This document shows positions 9,528 to 18,383 of a DNA stretch of 64,000 nucleotides, in pieces (position 1 is the first letter of the stretch; each line of letters starts with the position of its first letter). The DNA comes from Minisyncoccota bacterium. Its GTDB lineage: Bacteria; Patescibacteriota; Minisyncoccia; Phycocordibacterales; UBA9973. Below the pieces are notes generated by a model. The model saw nothing but the letters and a program-made list of their open reading frames with translations, was not told the DNA's origin and made no database searches. Location: contig JBAYLA010000001.1 in assembly GCA_041664285.1 (NCBI GenBank), positions 138,092 through 202,091 of the forward strand, in the 5' to 3' direction. The position numbers and the translations under genes were made by a program.

Positions 9528-9599
9528 GCCCTCGTAGTTCAATGGATAGAACAGTTCCGTCCTAAGGAATAGATGCACGTTCGATTCGTACCGAGGGCA
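9528..9599 (+). tRNA. tRNA-Arg (anticodon CCT)
   Basis: GCCCTCG-TA-GTTCAATGGATAGAAC-A-GTTCC-GTCCTAA-GGAAT-AGAT-GCACGTTCGATTCGTAC-CGAGGGC-A, with one mismatch in the T stem. Confidence 0.8.
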
Positions 9600-9635
9600 C
9601 AAATTTTAATATTATTTATGTTATAGTACTTCTTT

Positions 9636-10454
9636 ATGGACAAATTGTTTAATAAGACAAATTCATTAGTAGAAACAGATTCTTCGTCGAAGACTATTGC
9701 CTCTAAGCTTTCAGATCTAATTGATTCTGGAGACAGTGTTGATTCAACTGTTTTAATGAGTGCTTTAGAAAAAGAAGAAATTACTCAATATCAATATATT
9801 ACTTTAGCTAATCAGCTTATGAAGAAAGGTGAGTGGACCGAAGACGCTCTTGCCAATGTAGGGAAAAAACTTGGAGATCAAATTGAAGGACTTGGGATTG
9901 ATCCTGTTACTAATCTTATGAGGTCTAATTTTTTAGAAGAAAGATTAGATCGTCTAATAAAAGAGTTAAATTTCAAATTAACCCCAGAAAAGAAACGCAG
10001 CTCTCCTTTATTTGCTGTTATGGTTATAGCTATAGACGTCGATAATTTAAGGATATGGAATACATATGGTCATGCTGTTGGCGACAAAGCATTGCGAATA
10101 ATTGCAGATTCTGTTAAAGAAGTAATTCGAGATGATGACGGTGCATTTCGTTTAGGTGACAAATCGGATGAAATTATAGTAACGATGAGAATTACACAAG
10201 ACCTAGAACCTTCTAAATTAGAAGAAATTTTTCGGCGAGTCAAACATAAATTAAATAGTAAATTTATAGAAATTGATAATATCAAGTTACCAGTTACAGT
10301 TGCTGCAGGGTGTGCAATATTGAAACCAGGAGAATCAAGAAAAAATAAAGAAATAATTCATGCCGCTGACCTAAATCAAGCAACGGACAAAACACTTGAA
10401 GTCAAAGAAGAAAGAATAAAGAAAGCTACAGTAAACTTAAATAAACTAAATTAA
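9636..10454 (+). CDS. GGDEF-domain protein with a degenerate active site
   Basis: IDVDNLRIWNTYGHAVGDKALRIIA matches the GGDEF-domain core, but the GG(D/E)EF motif is replaced by RLGDKSDEI. Confidence 0.5.
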   Translation: MDKLFNKTNSLVETDSSSKTIASKLSDLIDSGDSVDSTVLMSALEKEEITQYQYITLANQLMKKGEWTEDALANVGKKLGDQIEGLGIDPVTNLMRSNFLEERLDRLIKELNFKLTPEKKRSSPLFAVMVIAIDVDNLRIWNTYGHAVGDKALRIIADSVKEVIRDDDGAFRLGDKSDEIIVTMRITQDLEPSKLEEIFRRVKHKLNSKFIEIDNIKLPVTVAAGCAILKPGESRKNKEIIHAADLNQATDKTLEVKEERIKKATVNLNKLN

Positions 10455-10496
10455 GCAACCCTTTTAAATTATTTTATTTTGTGCTAAATTAGCTTT

Positions 10497-10769
10497 ATGG
10501 ATCCTGAGTCCAAAAAATTACTAGAAGAAACTTATAGGCTTACAGAGGAGAACAATCATATGCTCCGCAAAGTCAGAAATGTGCAGAGGTGGAGTGTTTT
10601 CTGGTCTAGTTTGAAGATTGTTTTAGTAATTGGAATTGCCTTAGGTTTGTTTTACTTTTTGGAACCATATATAGAAAAGATGATTAGTTTATATAATTCT
10701 GTTTCTGGGACAACTGGAAATATGAATTACAACAGCAGTTCTTTTCAGGATTTATTGAAAAAGTTTTAG
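10497..10769 (+). CDS. small membrane protein, hypothetical
   Basis: 90-aa ORF with one TM helix. Its 3' end contains a partial copy (CTTTTCAGGATTT) of the 32-nt repeat core. Confidence 0.4.
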   Translation: MDPESKKLLEETYRLTEENNHMLRKVRNVQRWSVFWSSLKIVLVIGIALGLFYFLEPYIEKMISLYNSVSGTTGNMNYNSSSFQDLLKKF

Positions 10770-10774
10770 AATAT

Positions 10775-10846
10775 GCCTGGGTAGCTCAGTAGTAGAGCGT
10801 TCCCCTGAAGAGGGACAGGTCGGGTGTGCGATCCACCCCCCAGGCA
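10775..10846 (+). tRNA. tRNA-Phe (anticodon GAA)
   Basis: GCCTGGG-TA-GCTCAGTAGTAGAGC-G-TTCCC-CTGAAGA-GGGAC-AGGTC-GGGTGTGCGATCCACCC-CCCAGGC-A. Confidence 0.85.
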
Positions 10847-10847
10847 C

Positions 10848-10931
10848 AAAAAAAGTAGTAGAATTTTCTTTTTTCAGGATTTCCTGCTACGCAACGTCAA
10901 CCATTTTAAAAAAAAATTCTACTACTTTTTT
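10848..10931. repeat. palindromic repeat element, 32-nt-core family, copy b, intergenic
   Basis: A perfect 20-bp inverted repeat AAAAAAAGTAGTAGAATTTT / AAAATTCTACTACTTTTTTT encloses CTTTTTTCAGGATTTCCTGCTACGCAACGTCAACCATTTTAAAAA. Confidence 0.75.
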
Positions 10932-10951
10932 TGCAACTGAATAAACCTCAA

Positions 10952-11443
10952 TTAGATTGATTTTACCTTAACAGTATTTTTCTTTTCTTTGTCTACTTTT
11001 TTGATTTTAATGGTGACTAGACCATGCTTTTCTGTTGCTTCAACTTCTTCTGGCTCTACTTCTGTAGGGAGGGATATTGTTCGTGAAAACTTACCCCAAT
11101 AAAGTTCTTTGGTAAAATAATTATCTTCATCGATATTTCTATTTTCTTCGCGTTTACCACGGATGGTGACGATATCTCGAGCAATTGATAATTCTAAATC
11201 TTCCGGCTTAACTCCAGCTATCATTGTTTGAATAACGATATCAGTTGGTGTCTGGTAAACGTCTATTGATAATTCTGCTTCTTCGTTTTCTTCTTCAATC
11301 CAGTTGTTATTCTTTTTGTTTTCGTTGTTGTCTTTTATACTTTCTAAATAACTTTTTTTAGAAGTTAATTCTTCTTCAGCGTTGACGCTTCCAGTTAATC
11401 TTTCAAAAAAACTTCTTTTTTTATTTTCCATAGATTTACTCAT
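10952..11443 (-). CDS. Hsp20/alpha-crystallin family small heat-shock protein
   Basis: ACD-domain signature ...DIVIQTMIAGVKPEDLELSIARDIVTIRGKRE...FSRTISLPTEVEPEEVEATEKHGLVTIKIKK. Confidence 0.8.
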   Translation of the reverse strand: MSKSMENKKRSFFERLTGSVNAEEELTSKKSYLESIKDNNENKKNNNWIEEENEEAELSIDVYQTPTDIVIQTMIAGVKPEDLELSIARDIVTIRGKREENRNIDEDNYFTKELYWGKFSRTISLPTEVEPEEVEATEKHGLVTIKIKKVDKEKKNTVKVKSI

Positions 11444-11451
11444 TATTTTAT

Positions 11452-12159
11452 CTAATAATCTTCGCTTATTCTTCTAACTTTTTCAAAAAGTAACATAAGT
11501 ATAATTGTGACGACCCACAAAAATGCTAAAACCTTCAAAAAATCATTTCCAGCATTTCTTATTATAAAAAAATTAAAGGTACTATGCAAGCTAATAGCAA
11601 TTAAAAACCCGACAAAAAGAAAACTTACTCTTTTCCATTTTGCTGCATAGAAGGAAATGCCTATTGAAATACCTATTATTCCACTAGAAATAGCATGCAG
11701 GAGATTAGCACCTAGAAATCTTAGATTACCTGTGCTTAAGCTTGGAATGGCTCCGATTGCTGAAGGAAAGATTTTCAGTAGAAATAGCATATTTTCCAAA
11801 GCAGCAAAACCTAAGGCAGCGGTGATTAGGCATATCGGCCAATCTATTGGCTTAGAGGCATTATTTGTTTTGTATATTATTAGTAATACAGCAAGATATT
11901 TTAATATTTCTTCTACGCTAGCCCACAACACAAGTTGGCCTCCATGAAAGTTTACATGATCTTGAATAAATTTTTGAATTGGCAAGACGATTATGACCGC
12001 TAACATACCTGTAATAAATACGACAGAGATTAGTCCTGTGGGCTCAGCTTGTTCTCCTTCTTCTTCTTTTAGCCAAAACCAAAGCCATAAAAGGGGAGGA
12101 ATAATTCCTCCTAAAAATGCTAAACATAAAATTTTTGGATCTGTTGCTAGGAGGTTCAT
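11452..12159 (-). CDS. PrsW-family intramembrane metalloprotease-like protein
   Basis: Multi-TM protein with EEILKYL, GFAALENMLF and RFLGANLLHAISSG motifs that resemble the PrsW signature blocks. Confidence 0.5.
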   Translation of the reverse strand: MNLLATDPKILCLAFLGGIIPPLLWLWFWLKEEEGEQAEPTGLISVVFITGMLAVIIVLPIQKFIQDHVNFHGGQLVLWASVEEILKYLAVLLIIYKTNNASKPIDWPICLITAALGFAALENMLFLLKIFPSAIGAIPSLSTGNLRFLGANLLHAISSGIIGISIGISFYAAKWKRVSFLFVGFLIAISLHSTFNFFIIRNAGNDFLKVLAFLWVVTIILMLLFEKVRRISEDY

Positions 12160-12164
12160 AGAAC

Positions 12165-14339
12165 TTAATTAGAAGCGAAAGGCCACTTTTCAACCATCAG
12201 GATAGTTTTATTATTTGGGAGCATCGACCAAATTTCTTCTGTGACAAATGGAATAAATGGGTGAAGAGCTTTCAAGAGGGTCGCTAACTGTGTAAGCAGA
12301 AGTATTCTTGCTGAATCGGCACTTACAGTATCTTTGACATTTTTATTTGCTAAAATTTTCTTTTTTGATCGTTCGATGATAACGTCTGCGAAAGTGTGCC
12401 AGAAATAATGATAAAGCTTTTCTGCAACAAGCGAGAACCTGTATTCATTCATCTCTTTTGTAGTTTCTTTTAGTAATTTATTTAATTCTTCTTCGCTCTT
12501 TTTATCTTCTTCATCTAGAGTTGTTGTTTGAAGGGAATCGAAATCTTTTGTTTGTTCTAAAACAAACCTCGAAGCATTCCAGACTTTATTGGTAAATTTA
12601 GCATAACCTCGAATATCATTTTCATTCAATTTTAAATCATTTCCTGGAGTATTGCCGATAATCATTGCCATACGTAATGCATCGTTTCCATATTTTGCCA
12701 CTATGTCAAGTGGGTCAACAGCTTTATTTCCCAAAGATTTAGACATTTTTTTACCGTCAGCAGTGCGAACCATACCATGAAAATATACGGTTTTAAACGG
12801 GACTTCTCCAACGAGGTATTGAGACATTAGAATCATTCTAGCGACCCAGAAAAAAATAAGATCATGACCTGTTTCAAGAATTGTTGTTGGGTGGTAGCTT
12901 TTTAAGTCGTCTGTCTTTTTTGGCCATCCTAATGTTGAGAAAGTCCAAAGTCCTGAAGAAAACCAAGTATCTAGAGTATCTTCATCTTGAGTCCAACCAT
13001 CTTCTTTGGGGGCTTCAATCTCGCAATAAATTTCATTATTTTTATACCAGACTGGAATTCGATGCCCGTACCAAATCTGACGAGAGATACACCAGTCTTG
13101 TAAATTTTCAATCCAATTAAAATAAACTTTTTCAAAATGAATAGGCATTATTTTTATTTTACCTTCGCGGACAGGTTCCAGCATTAAGTCTTTGAGAGAT
13201 TTATTGTCTCGTCTAGCAATTTTTTTATTGACGTCCACGAACCATTGCAACATAATTTGTGGCTCAATCATACCGTTGGTGCGTTCAGCTGTAGCGACTC
13301 TATTGATATAATTTTCATCTACAGAAACAAGTAGGCCTTTATTTTTTAATTTATCAACAATTTTTTCTCTGGCATCGGTAATTTTCATTCCATTAAATTC
13401 TCCGGCGATAGGCAAAAGCTTTCCATATTTATCAATGATTTGTTCTTTGTCTAATTTATGTCTTTCAGCAATTTCAAAATCAATAGCACTATGCCAAGGG
13501 GTGATAGTCATTACCCCTGTGCCGAATTCCATATCTATTGCTTCATCTTTTACAATTGTGGCTTCAATTGGGCCGTTGATCCACTCTAGTTTTATTTTTT
13601 GACCATCTGTGTACTTGGCATACCTTTTGTCTTTTGGATGCATGACGACATATTTATCTCCAAATTTTGTTTCTGGGCGGACAGTACTTATTTCAAAAGG
13701 TCCATATCTAAAAGTGTAAAATTTATTTTTGCGTTCCTCGTAAACTATTTCATCATCAGAAATAACTGTTTGTCCTTTTGGATCCCAATTTACCATTCGG
13801 TGTCCACGATAGATTAATCCATCGTCATACATTTGTTTAAATGCAGTGCGGACGGCTACATTGCGATCTTCGTCTAAAGTAAAGGCTTCTCTAGACCAAT
13901 CTAATGAGGCTCCCATCTTTTTTGCTTGATTCACTATGGTATCATGAGATTCATTTGCAAATTGCTCCACTCGTTTTAAGAATTCTTCACGTCCTAAGTC
14001 ATTTTTTCTTATTCTATCTTTTTCCAATATTTTTTCTACCTTTGATTGAGTGGCAATAGCAGCATGGTCTGTTCCCGGGAGCCAGAGAGTTTTTTTACCT
14101 TGCATACGGGCGTAACGTACCATAATATCTTCTATTACCAACATAAGGGCGTGCCCAGTATGTAAATTGCCGGTTACGTTTGGAGGGGGAAGAACAATGG
14201 AAAAATGTTCTGCATCAGTTTTGGTTATTCCTTTTTCTATGCATACATCCGGGTTAAAAAAACCTGACCCCTCCCAAAGTTTATAGATTCTTTCCTCTGT
14301 ATTTTTAGGGTCGTAGGGCTTGAGAAACTTTTCGTTCAT
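12165..14339 (-). CDS. valS: valyl-tRNA synthetase (short form without the C-terminal coiled coil)
   Basis: PPPNVTGNLHTGHA (HIGH motif), KMSKSLGN (KMSKS motif), DTLDTWFSSGLW. Confidence 0.88.
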   Translation of the reverse strand: MNEKFLKPYDPKNTEERIYKLWEGSGFFNPDVCIEKGITKTDAEHFSIVLPPPNVTGNLHTGHALMLVIEDIMVRYARMQGKKTLWLPGTDHAAIATQSKVEKILEKDRIRKNDLGREEFLKRVEQFANESHDTIVNQAKKMGASLDWSREAFTLDEDRNVAVRTAFKQMYDDGLIYRGHRMVNWDPKGQTVISDDEIVYEERKNKFYTFRYGPFEISTVRPETKFGDKYVVMHPKDKRYAKYTDGQKIKLEWINGPIEATIVKDEAIDMEFGTGVMTITPWHSAIDFEIAERHKLDKEQIIDKYGKLLPIAGEFNGMKITDAREKIVDKLKNKGLLVSVDENYINRVATAERTNGMIEPQIMLQWFVDVNKKIARRDNKSLKDLMLEPVREGKIKIMPIHFEKVYFNWIENLQDWCISRQIWYGHRIPVWYKNNEIYCEIEAPKEDGWTQDEDTLDTWFSSGLWTFSTLGWPKKTDDLKSYHPTTILETGHDLIFFWVARMILMSQYLVGEVPFKTVYFHGMVRTADGKKMSKSLGNKAVDPLDIVAKYGNDALRMAMIIGNTPGNDLKLNENDIRGYAKFTNKVWNASRFVLEQTKDFDSLQTTTLDEEDKKSEEELNKLLKETTKEMNEYRFSLVAEKLYHYFWHTFADVIIERSKKKILANKNVKDTVSADSARILLLTQLATLLKALHPFIPFVTEEIWSMLPNNKTILMVEKWPFASN

Positions 14340-14379
14340 ATATTTCTATAATATCATATTTATCCTGACCCGAGAAGGG

Positions 14380-15534
14380 TTAGAGCCTTAGGCCACCAGT
14401 TGCTTTTAGATTCTTTATTTTCGTAAACTTCTTTTTGTTTTTTATATAATTTAAGTATCCAGCAATACCAATCATGATAGAATTATCTCCCGAAAGTTCT
14501 TTGGGAGGGAAATAGATTTTGATTTTTTTTCCGCCAGAGGCGGATCCGCCTATGGCGGACATTTCGTTCCGAAGGTATTTATTAGCAGAGACTCCTCCCG
14601 CCACGATCAGAGTTTTAACTTTATATGTCTCAATGGCTTTAGCTGTTTTATAAACCAAGCATTCCATTGCAGCATTTTCGAATTCTAGAGCTATTTTGCT
14701 TTTTGTTTCTTCACTTATATTTTTTATTCCGCCAAGATCTCTAATTAAATAAAGCACGGCCGTCTTTAATCCAGAAAAAGAGAAATCAAAATTTTTACTG
14801 CGAAGCATAGGACGGGGAAGAGCTATAGGGGGAGTTTTGGCCGAGCCTGTATGCTTCTGTGAATGGTTGACGTTGCATAGCAGGAAATCCTGAGCAGAAG
14901 CATCAGGCTTGGCCAATCTTTCTTTCTCGGCTAATTTTGAAATCTGTGGTCCGCCTGGGTAGGGAAGGTCTAGCATTCTAGCGACTTTGTCGAAAGCTTC
15001 TCCAACTGCGTCATCGAGTGTCTCCCCAATAATTTCATAATCCATCCATTTTTTCATCAGAACTAGTTGCGTGTGCCCACCAGATATGAGCAATGCCAGA
15101 GTGGGTGTTTGTAATTTTTCTATTTTGAGAGTTCCCTTATTTTTACCAAAAACAGAAAGGATATGTCCCTCCATGTGATTGGTGGGGATCAAAGGTACGT
15201 TCCATTTTTTTACCAAATCTTTTGCAAAAGTAATACCTTCCCAGAGGCACATTTCTAAACCCGGACCATAAGTTACAGCTATGGCATCTACCGGCTTTTC
15301 TTTTTTATTCAACTTTACTTGTTTCAAACTTTTTTCTAATAAGATTGGTAAATTTTTAGCGTGTTCTCTTTTAGCCAGCACAGGAAAAACTCCTCCATAG
15401 GGAATATGAATGTTTACTTGAGAGTTTAAATTATTAGCCAAGACCCTAAAGGAAGGGTTTTTAACCCCTCCTTTTACCTCCAATATACTTACTCCAGTGT
15501 CATCGCAAGATGTTTCAATCGAAAGTATTTTCAT
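14380..15534 (-). CDS. tsaD: tRNA N6-adenosine threonylcarbamoyltransferase TsaD (Kae1/YgjD family). It carries an in-frame insertion of about 25 aa encoded by a palindromic repeat.
   Basis: MKILSIETSCDDTGVSIL..., HMEGH, ...LDLPYPGGPQISKLAE...LPRPM...DFSFSGLKTAV. Start taken at M12 of the track ORF. Confidence 0.88.
   Translation of the reverse strand: MKILSIETSCDDTGVSILEVKGGVKNPSFRVLANNLNSQVNIHIPYGGVFPVLAKREHAKNLPILLEKSLKQVKLNKKEKPVDAIAVTYGPGLEMCLWEGITFAKDLVKKWNVPLIPTNHMEGHILSVFGKNKGTLKIEKLQTPTLALLISGGHTQLVLMKKWMDYEIIGETLDDAVGEAFDKVARMLDLPYPGGPQISKLAEKERLAKPDASAQDFLLCNVNHSQKHTGSAKTPPIALPRPMLRSKNFDFSFSGLKTAVLYLIRDLGGIKNISEETKSKIALEFENAAMECLVYKTAKAIETYKVKTLIVAGGVSANKYLRNEMSAIGGSASGGKKIKIYFPPKELSGDNSIMIGIAGYLNYIKNKKKFTKIKNLKATGGLRL
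14853..14912. repeat. palindromic repeat element, 32-nt-core family, copy c (reverse orientation), inside the tsaD CDS
   Basis: The reverse complement reads GCCTGATGCTTCTG-cTCAGGATTTCCTGCTAtGCAACGTCAACCATTcA-CAGAAGCATaCAGGC. It encodes ...ASAQDFLLCNVNHSQ... within a loop that is about 25 aa shorter in E. coli TsaD. Confidence 0.7.
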
Positions 15535-15672
15535 AAAATGTGTCTTTACTATATCAAGATTGAGCATTTTTTCAAAATCATTAATTAATGAAATATTTCG
15601 CGCGCGTTTTGTGAATTTTTGAAGTAAAATAATGCGATTGCCTAGTAATTTAACAAATGTTAAGATATTCCT

Positions 15673-15834
15673 ATGGAAGGATTTGATTTTTCAAAACCAG
15701 AAGACCAAAAAAGATTTGATGATTCTTCTTTAGAAGTAAAAAAGAGAATTATTGAAGTAGCAAGAACAGAAGCAAACCAACTCAGAGAATTGGTTGTTTC
15801 TGGTAAAGCAAAAGATTATTCTGAGGCACTTTAA
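15673..15834 (+). CDS. hypothetical small protein (53 aa)
   Basis: ORF MEGFDFSKPEDQKRFDDSSLEVKKRIIEVARTEANQLRELVVSGKAKDYSEAL; its stop overlaps the next ATG (TAAATG). Not in the track because it is shorter than 60 aa. Confidence 0.25.
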   Translation: MEGFDFSKPEDQKRFDDSSLEVKKRIIEVARTEANQLRELVVSGKAKDYSEAL

Positions 15835-16080
15835 ATGATATCTAAAACAGAAATTGTTCAAGGTGGTTTTAATGTAGATATGGCTGAAAATGGTGACATA
15901 TTTTTGAATATTGGCGGAGGAAGACAGCTTATAGGTAATCCTCTTGAAGGGACTATAACAGAACTTCCTGGAGATGGATTTTCAATTGATTGGGATAAGT
16001 ATAATGAAAACCTAGAGAAAGTTTTTAAAATTATTGATTTACTTGTTATTGAACAACCTCCATCAAATAATCTGAATTAG
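15835..16080 (+). CDS. hypothetical protein (81 aa)
   Basis: Track ORF, translationally coupled to the preceding small ORF. Confidence 0.3.
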   Translation: MISKTEIVQGGFNVDMAENGDIFLNIGGGRQLIGNPLEGTITELPGDGFSIDWDKYNENLEKVFKIIDLLVIEQPPSNNLN

Positions 16081-16151
16081 TTTTTATTGATATAAATAGT
16101 TTGTTAGATTCTGGGATATCAGATATTAAAAGTCTTGAATAATAATTTAAT

Positions 16152-16227
16152 ATGGTGCGCGATACAGGATTCGAACCTGTGGCCTACCCCACGTCAAGGG
16201 GTCGCTCTACCAACTGAGCTAACCGCG
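16152..16227 (-). tRNA. tRNA-Val (anticodon GAC), CCA encoded
   Basis: Reverse complement GCGCGGT-TA-GCTCAGTTGGTAGAGC-G-ACCCC-TTGACGT-GGGGT-AGGCC-ACAGGTTCGAATCCTGT-ATCGCGC-A-CCA. Confidence 0.85.
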
Positions 16228-16249
16228 CGTTAAAATAATGATAGCACCA

Positions 16250-16993
16250 CTATACTACTAACTTCTCCAATATTTCAAGTTCTTCTTTTGAATTAACGCC
16301 AAGTGTTTCCATTGCATCTACTTGGATGCTTTCGATTTTCTTGTTTTCAATTCCTGCTATCTCCCATAAGTCCGTCAACTGATATTCTTTTTGAGAGTTG
16401 CTGTTTTTATCTAATTTTTTCAATTTATCCCAAAGCCACTGTGTCTTAAACGCATAACAGGAAACATTTACTTCTTTTATTTTTAATTCTTCTTCTGTGC
16501 AATCTTTAATTTCTTTATCAATTATTTTATTGTTTTCTCTTATAATTCTGCCGTAAGTGACGAAAGCTTTTCGCCAATCGTCAAAATCTGGCAATACCGT
16601 TGTCGTAATGGTAATCGTGGCGTCAGAATTTTTATGCTTTTCCCACAAATTTTTTATTGATTCACTTTTTATAAATGGCTGATCTCCGGAAATTACAATA
16701 ATATTTTCTGCATCTCTACAAGTTTGTTCCGTAACCATTACTGCATGACCCGTACCCAGTATTTCTTTTTGAATTACATAGTCGTATTTATTTCCCAGCT
16801 CTTTCATCATCAATTCTTTCTTGTACCCAACGACAACGATAGGCCTCTCGTCTAGAGCCGTTTTATCAACAGATTCAAGTAGGTGTTTTATCATGTGTTT
16901 GCCACGAAGCGATACTAAAGCTTTAGGCAATTCATTTTTCATCCTGGTGCCTTTCCCAGCAGCCAAGATAACGATTCTTACTTTATTTTTCAT
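16250..16993 (-). CDS. sugar-1-phosphate nucleotidyltransferase (GlmU N-terminal-domain-like)
   Basis: RIVILAAGKGTRMKNELPKALV...GTGHAV...VISGDQP nucleotidyltransferase signature; 247 aa, single domain. Confidence 0.7.
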   Translation of the reverse strand: MKNKVRIVILAAGKGTRMKNELPKALVSLRGKHMIKHLLESVDKTALDERPIVVVGYKKELMMKELGNKYDYVIQKEILGTGHAVMVTEQTCRDAENIIVISGDQPFIKSESIKNLWEKHKNSDATITITTTVLPDFDDWRKAFVTYGRIIRENNKIIDKEIKDCTEEELKIKEVNVSCYAFKTQWLWDKLKKLDKNSNSQKEYQLTDLWEIAGIENKKIESIQVDAMETLGVNSKEELEILEKLVV

Positions 16994-17406
16994 GCCTCCC
17001 GATTATAGCAATAAATAGAAAAAATAAAAATTATGATAAAGAAAATAAGTCCGTAAGAACAGGTTGGTAAACCGAGTGAGTAGTTGGTATCGACCCCAGA
17101 GAGGAGTATTTGAACTTCAGGAATCGTGAAGTATCCAGCAAAGAGAATTCCCATACCCGATACAACAGTCGTAATTATTAACATAACTTTTTCTGAAATA
17201 GTTTTTAGGAGTCCGAGTGTAGCTGAAAGGAAGATAATAAGGAACATTCCGAAGCCAAAATAACAAGCTGGATATCCTAGGAAGTAAGGACAAGGTTCAT
17301 TAAAGGCACAAGTGGCAGTAAAGAATTTTGTCGCACTTAAATATCCCGAGAACAAAACCCCTGCTAATCCAAGAAAAAACATTGTTTTATTATATGATTT
17401 TTTCAT
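16990..17406 (-). CDS. cysteine-containing integral membrane protein (possible VKOR/DsbB-like thiol oxidoreductase; uncertain)
   Basis: Four predicted TM helices with a C-x6-C pair (TCAFNEPC) in the first loop. No clear CxxC motif, so the family assignment is weak. Confidence 0.3.
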   Translation of the reverse strand: MKKSYNKTMFFLGLAGVLFSGYLSATKFFTATCAFNEPCPYFLGYPACYFGFGMFLIIFLSATLGLLKTISEKVMLIITTVVSGMGILFAGYFTIPEVQILLSGVDTNYSLGLPTCSYGLIFFIIIFIFSIYCYNREA

Positions 17407-17474
17407 ATAGTTTTTAATTAAATTATTAATGTATTTATTATACCTCTTTTTAACCTTCTAGTGCATATGTAATC

Positions 17475-18209
17475 TTAGTAAAGATTATCTCTCCCAAATT
17501 GAATCATCGTTAAAACATGCCCCTTTCCATTGTGTCTAACCACTTTAGTTTTTATTTTCTTTTTCATTAACTCTGCAATTAATTCTTCTCCATAAATCGT
17601 TGGAATATAGAAATCATGTGTTGCTAAATGTATTTCAATATTTTCTGGTAGATTATCTAGATTTTCAATAGGATTGGTGTCAGCAAGCAAAGAATCATAT
17701 TGTTCTCCATTTTCAAAACCAAGTGAGACCGCTCTCTTTTTAATACACTGACTTGCCATTCCTTTATAGATACAAGCACCCAATTTTGAACCTGGAGTTA
17801 CCGCAACCAATTTATCAACATTAAAATGATTGGCAATATAAAAACTAGGATATGCGCCAATGCTTAGACTTAAAACATTAAAATTATTTAAATTTAACGT
17901 TTTCAGATCATCCACTAATCTTTTCAACAAAACAATGGCAACAGATGGATCAGGGTTAGCAACACCTATAGGACCTTCATATGTTATGACTCTGCCATTC
18001 TTAGGAATTAGACCTAATTGAAGAGCTTGTTTAAAATTAACTCTCCATGGCAAAAAACAGACCCAAGTAGGGGAATCTCCATTTCTAATATCTGTTCTAA
18101 AATAATTTTCATCTCCAATTTCTTTCTCTCTTGATCCACTATTCTTTTTTGCATAGATTTTATCTAGTAAGCCGTAATCTTTTATTTTTGATAATAAATA
18201 ATTAAGCAT
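17475..18209 (-). CDS. alpha/beta-hydrolase fold protein
   Basis: Nucleophile-elbow-like LSLSIGAY and a C-terminal HNGKGH block; 244 aa. Confidence 0.4.
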   Translation of the reverse strand: MLNYLLSKIKDYGLLDKIYAKKNSGSREKEIGDENYFRTDIRNGDSPTWVCFLPWRVNFKQALQLGLIPKNGRVITYEGPIGVANPDPSVAIVLLKRLVDDLKTLNLNNFNVLSLSIGAYPSFYIANHFNVDKLVAVTPGSKLGACIYKGMASQCIKKRAVSLGFENGEQYDSLLADTNPIENLDNLPENIEIHLATHDFYIPTIYGEELIAELMKKKIKTKVVRHNGKGHVLTMIQFGRDNLY

Positions 18210-18235
18210 ATGTTTCTCGTGCTAGCACTTGATGG

Positions 18236-18290
18236 TGACCCTAATTATACGGAATTGGAACTTTATTTTTAATCAAATAAAAGGATTTTC
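18236..18290 (+). repeat. 55-bp direct repeat, left copy; resembles a degenerate tRNA-Glu 3' end (att-like)
   Basis: GTGACCCTAATTATACGGAATTGGAAC...AATCAAATAAAAGGATTTT is about 85% identical to 18878-18934. It begins with GTGACCCTA, the same 9 nt as the 3' acceptor end of tRNA-Glu(TTC) at 25259. Confidence 0.6.
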
Positions 18291-18311
18291 TAAAATACAA
18301 TTTTATATATA

Positions 18312-18349
18312 AAAACAGAAGGCCTCGCATAGAACGAAGAGCGAGGCTC
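18312..18349 (-). terminator. Rho-independent terminator (minus strand)
   Basis: On the minus strand: GCCTCGC-TCTTCGTTCTAT-GCGAGGCC followed by TTCTGTTTTT. It lies 35 nt downstream of the stop of ORF 18384..18773. Confidence 0.6.
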
Positions 18350-18383
18350 CTGTCTGTGCGAGGCTTGATACTTGGAGATCTGG

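Noticed and set aside
12881-13817. ORFs 12881..13120 and 13599..13817 on the plus strand inside valS
   Set aside because: They are antisense to a conserved aminoacyl-tRNA synthetase gene and have no independent support.
16990-17406. Assignment of the 138-aa membrane protein to VKOR or DsbB
   Set aside because: It lacks the canonical CxxC active-site motif of either family. It is kept only as a cysteine-containing membrane protein.
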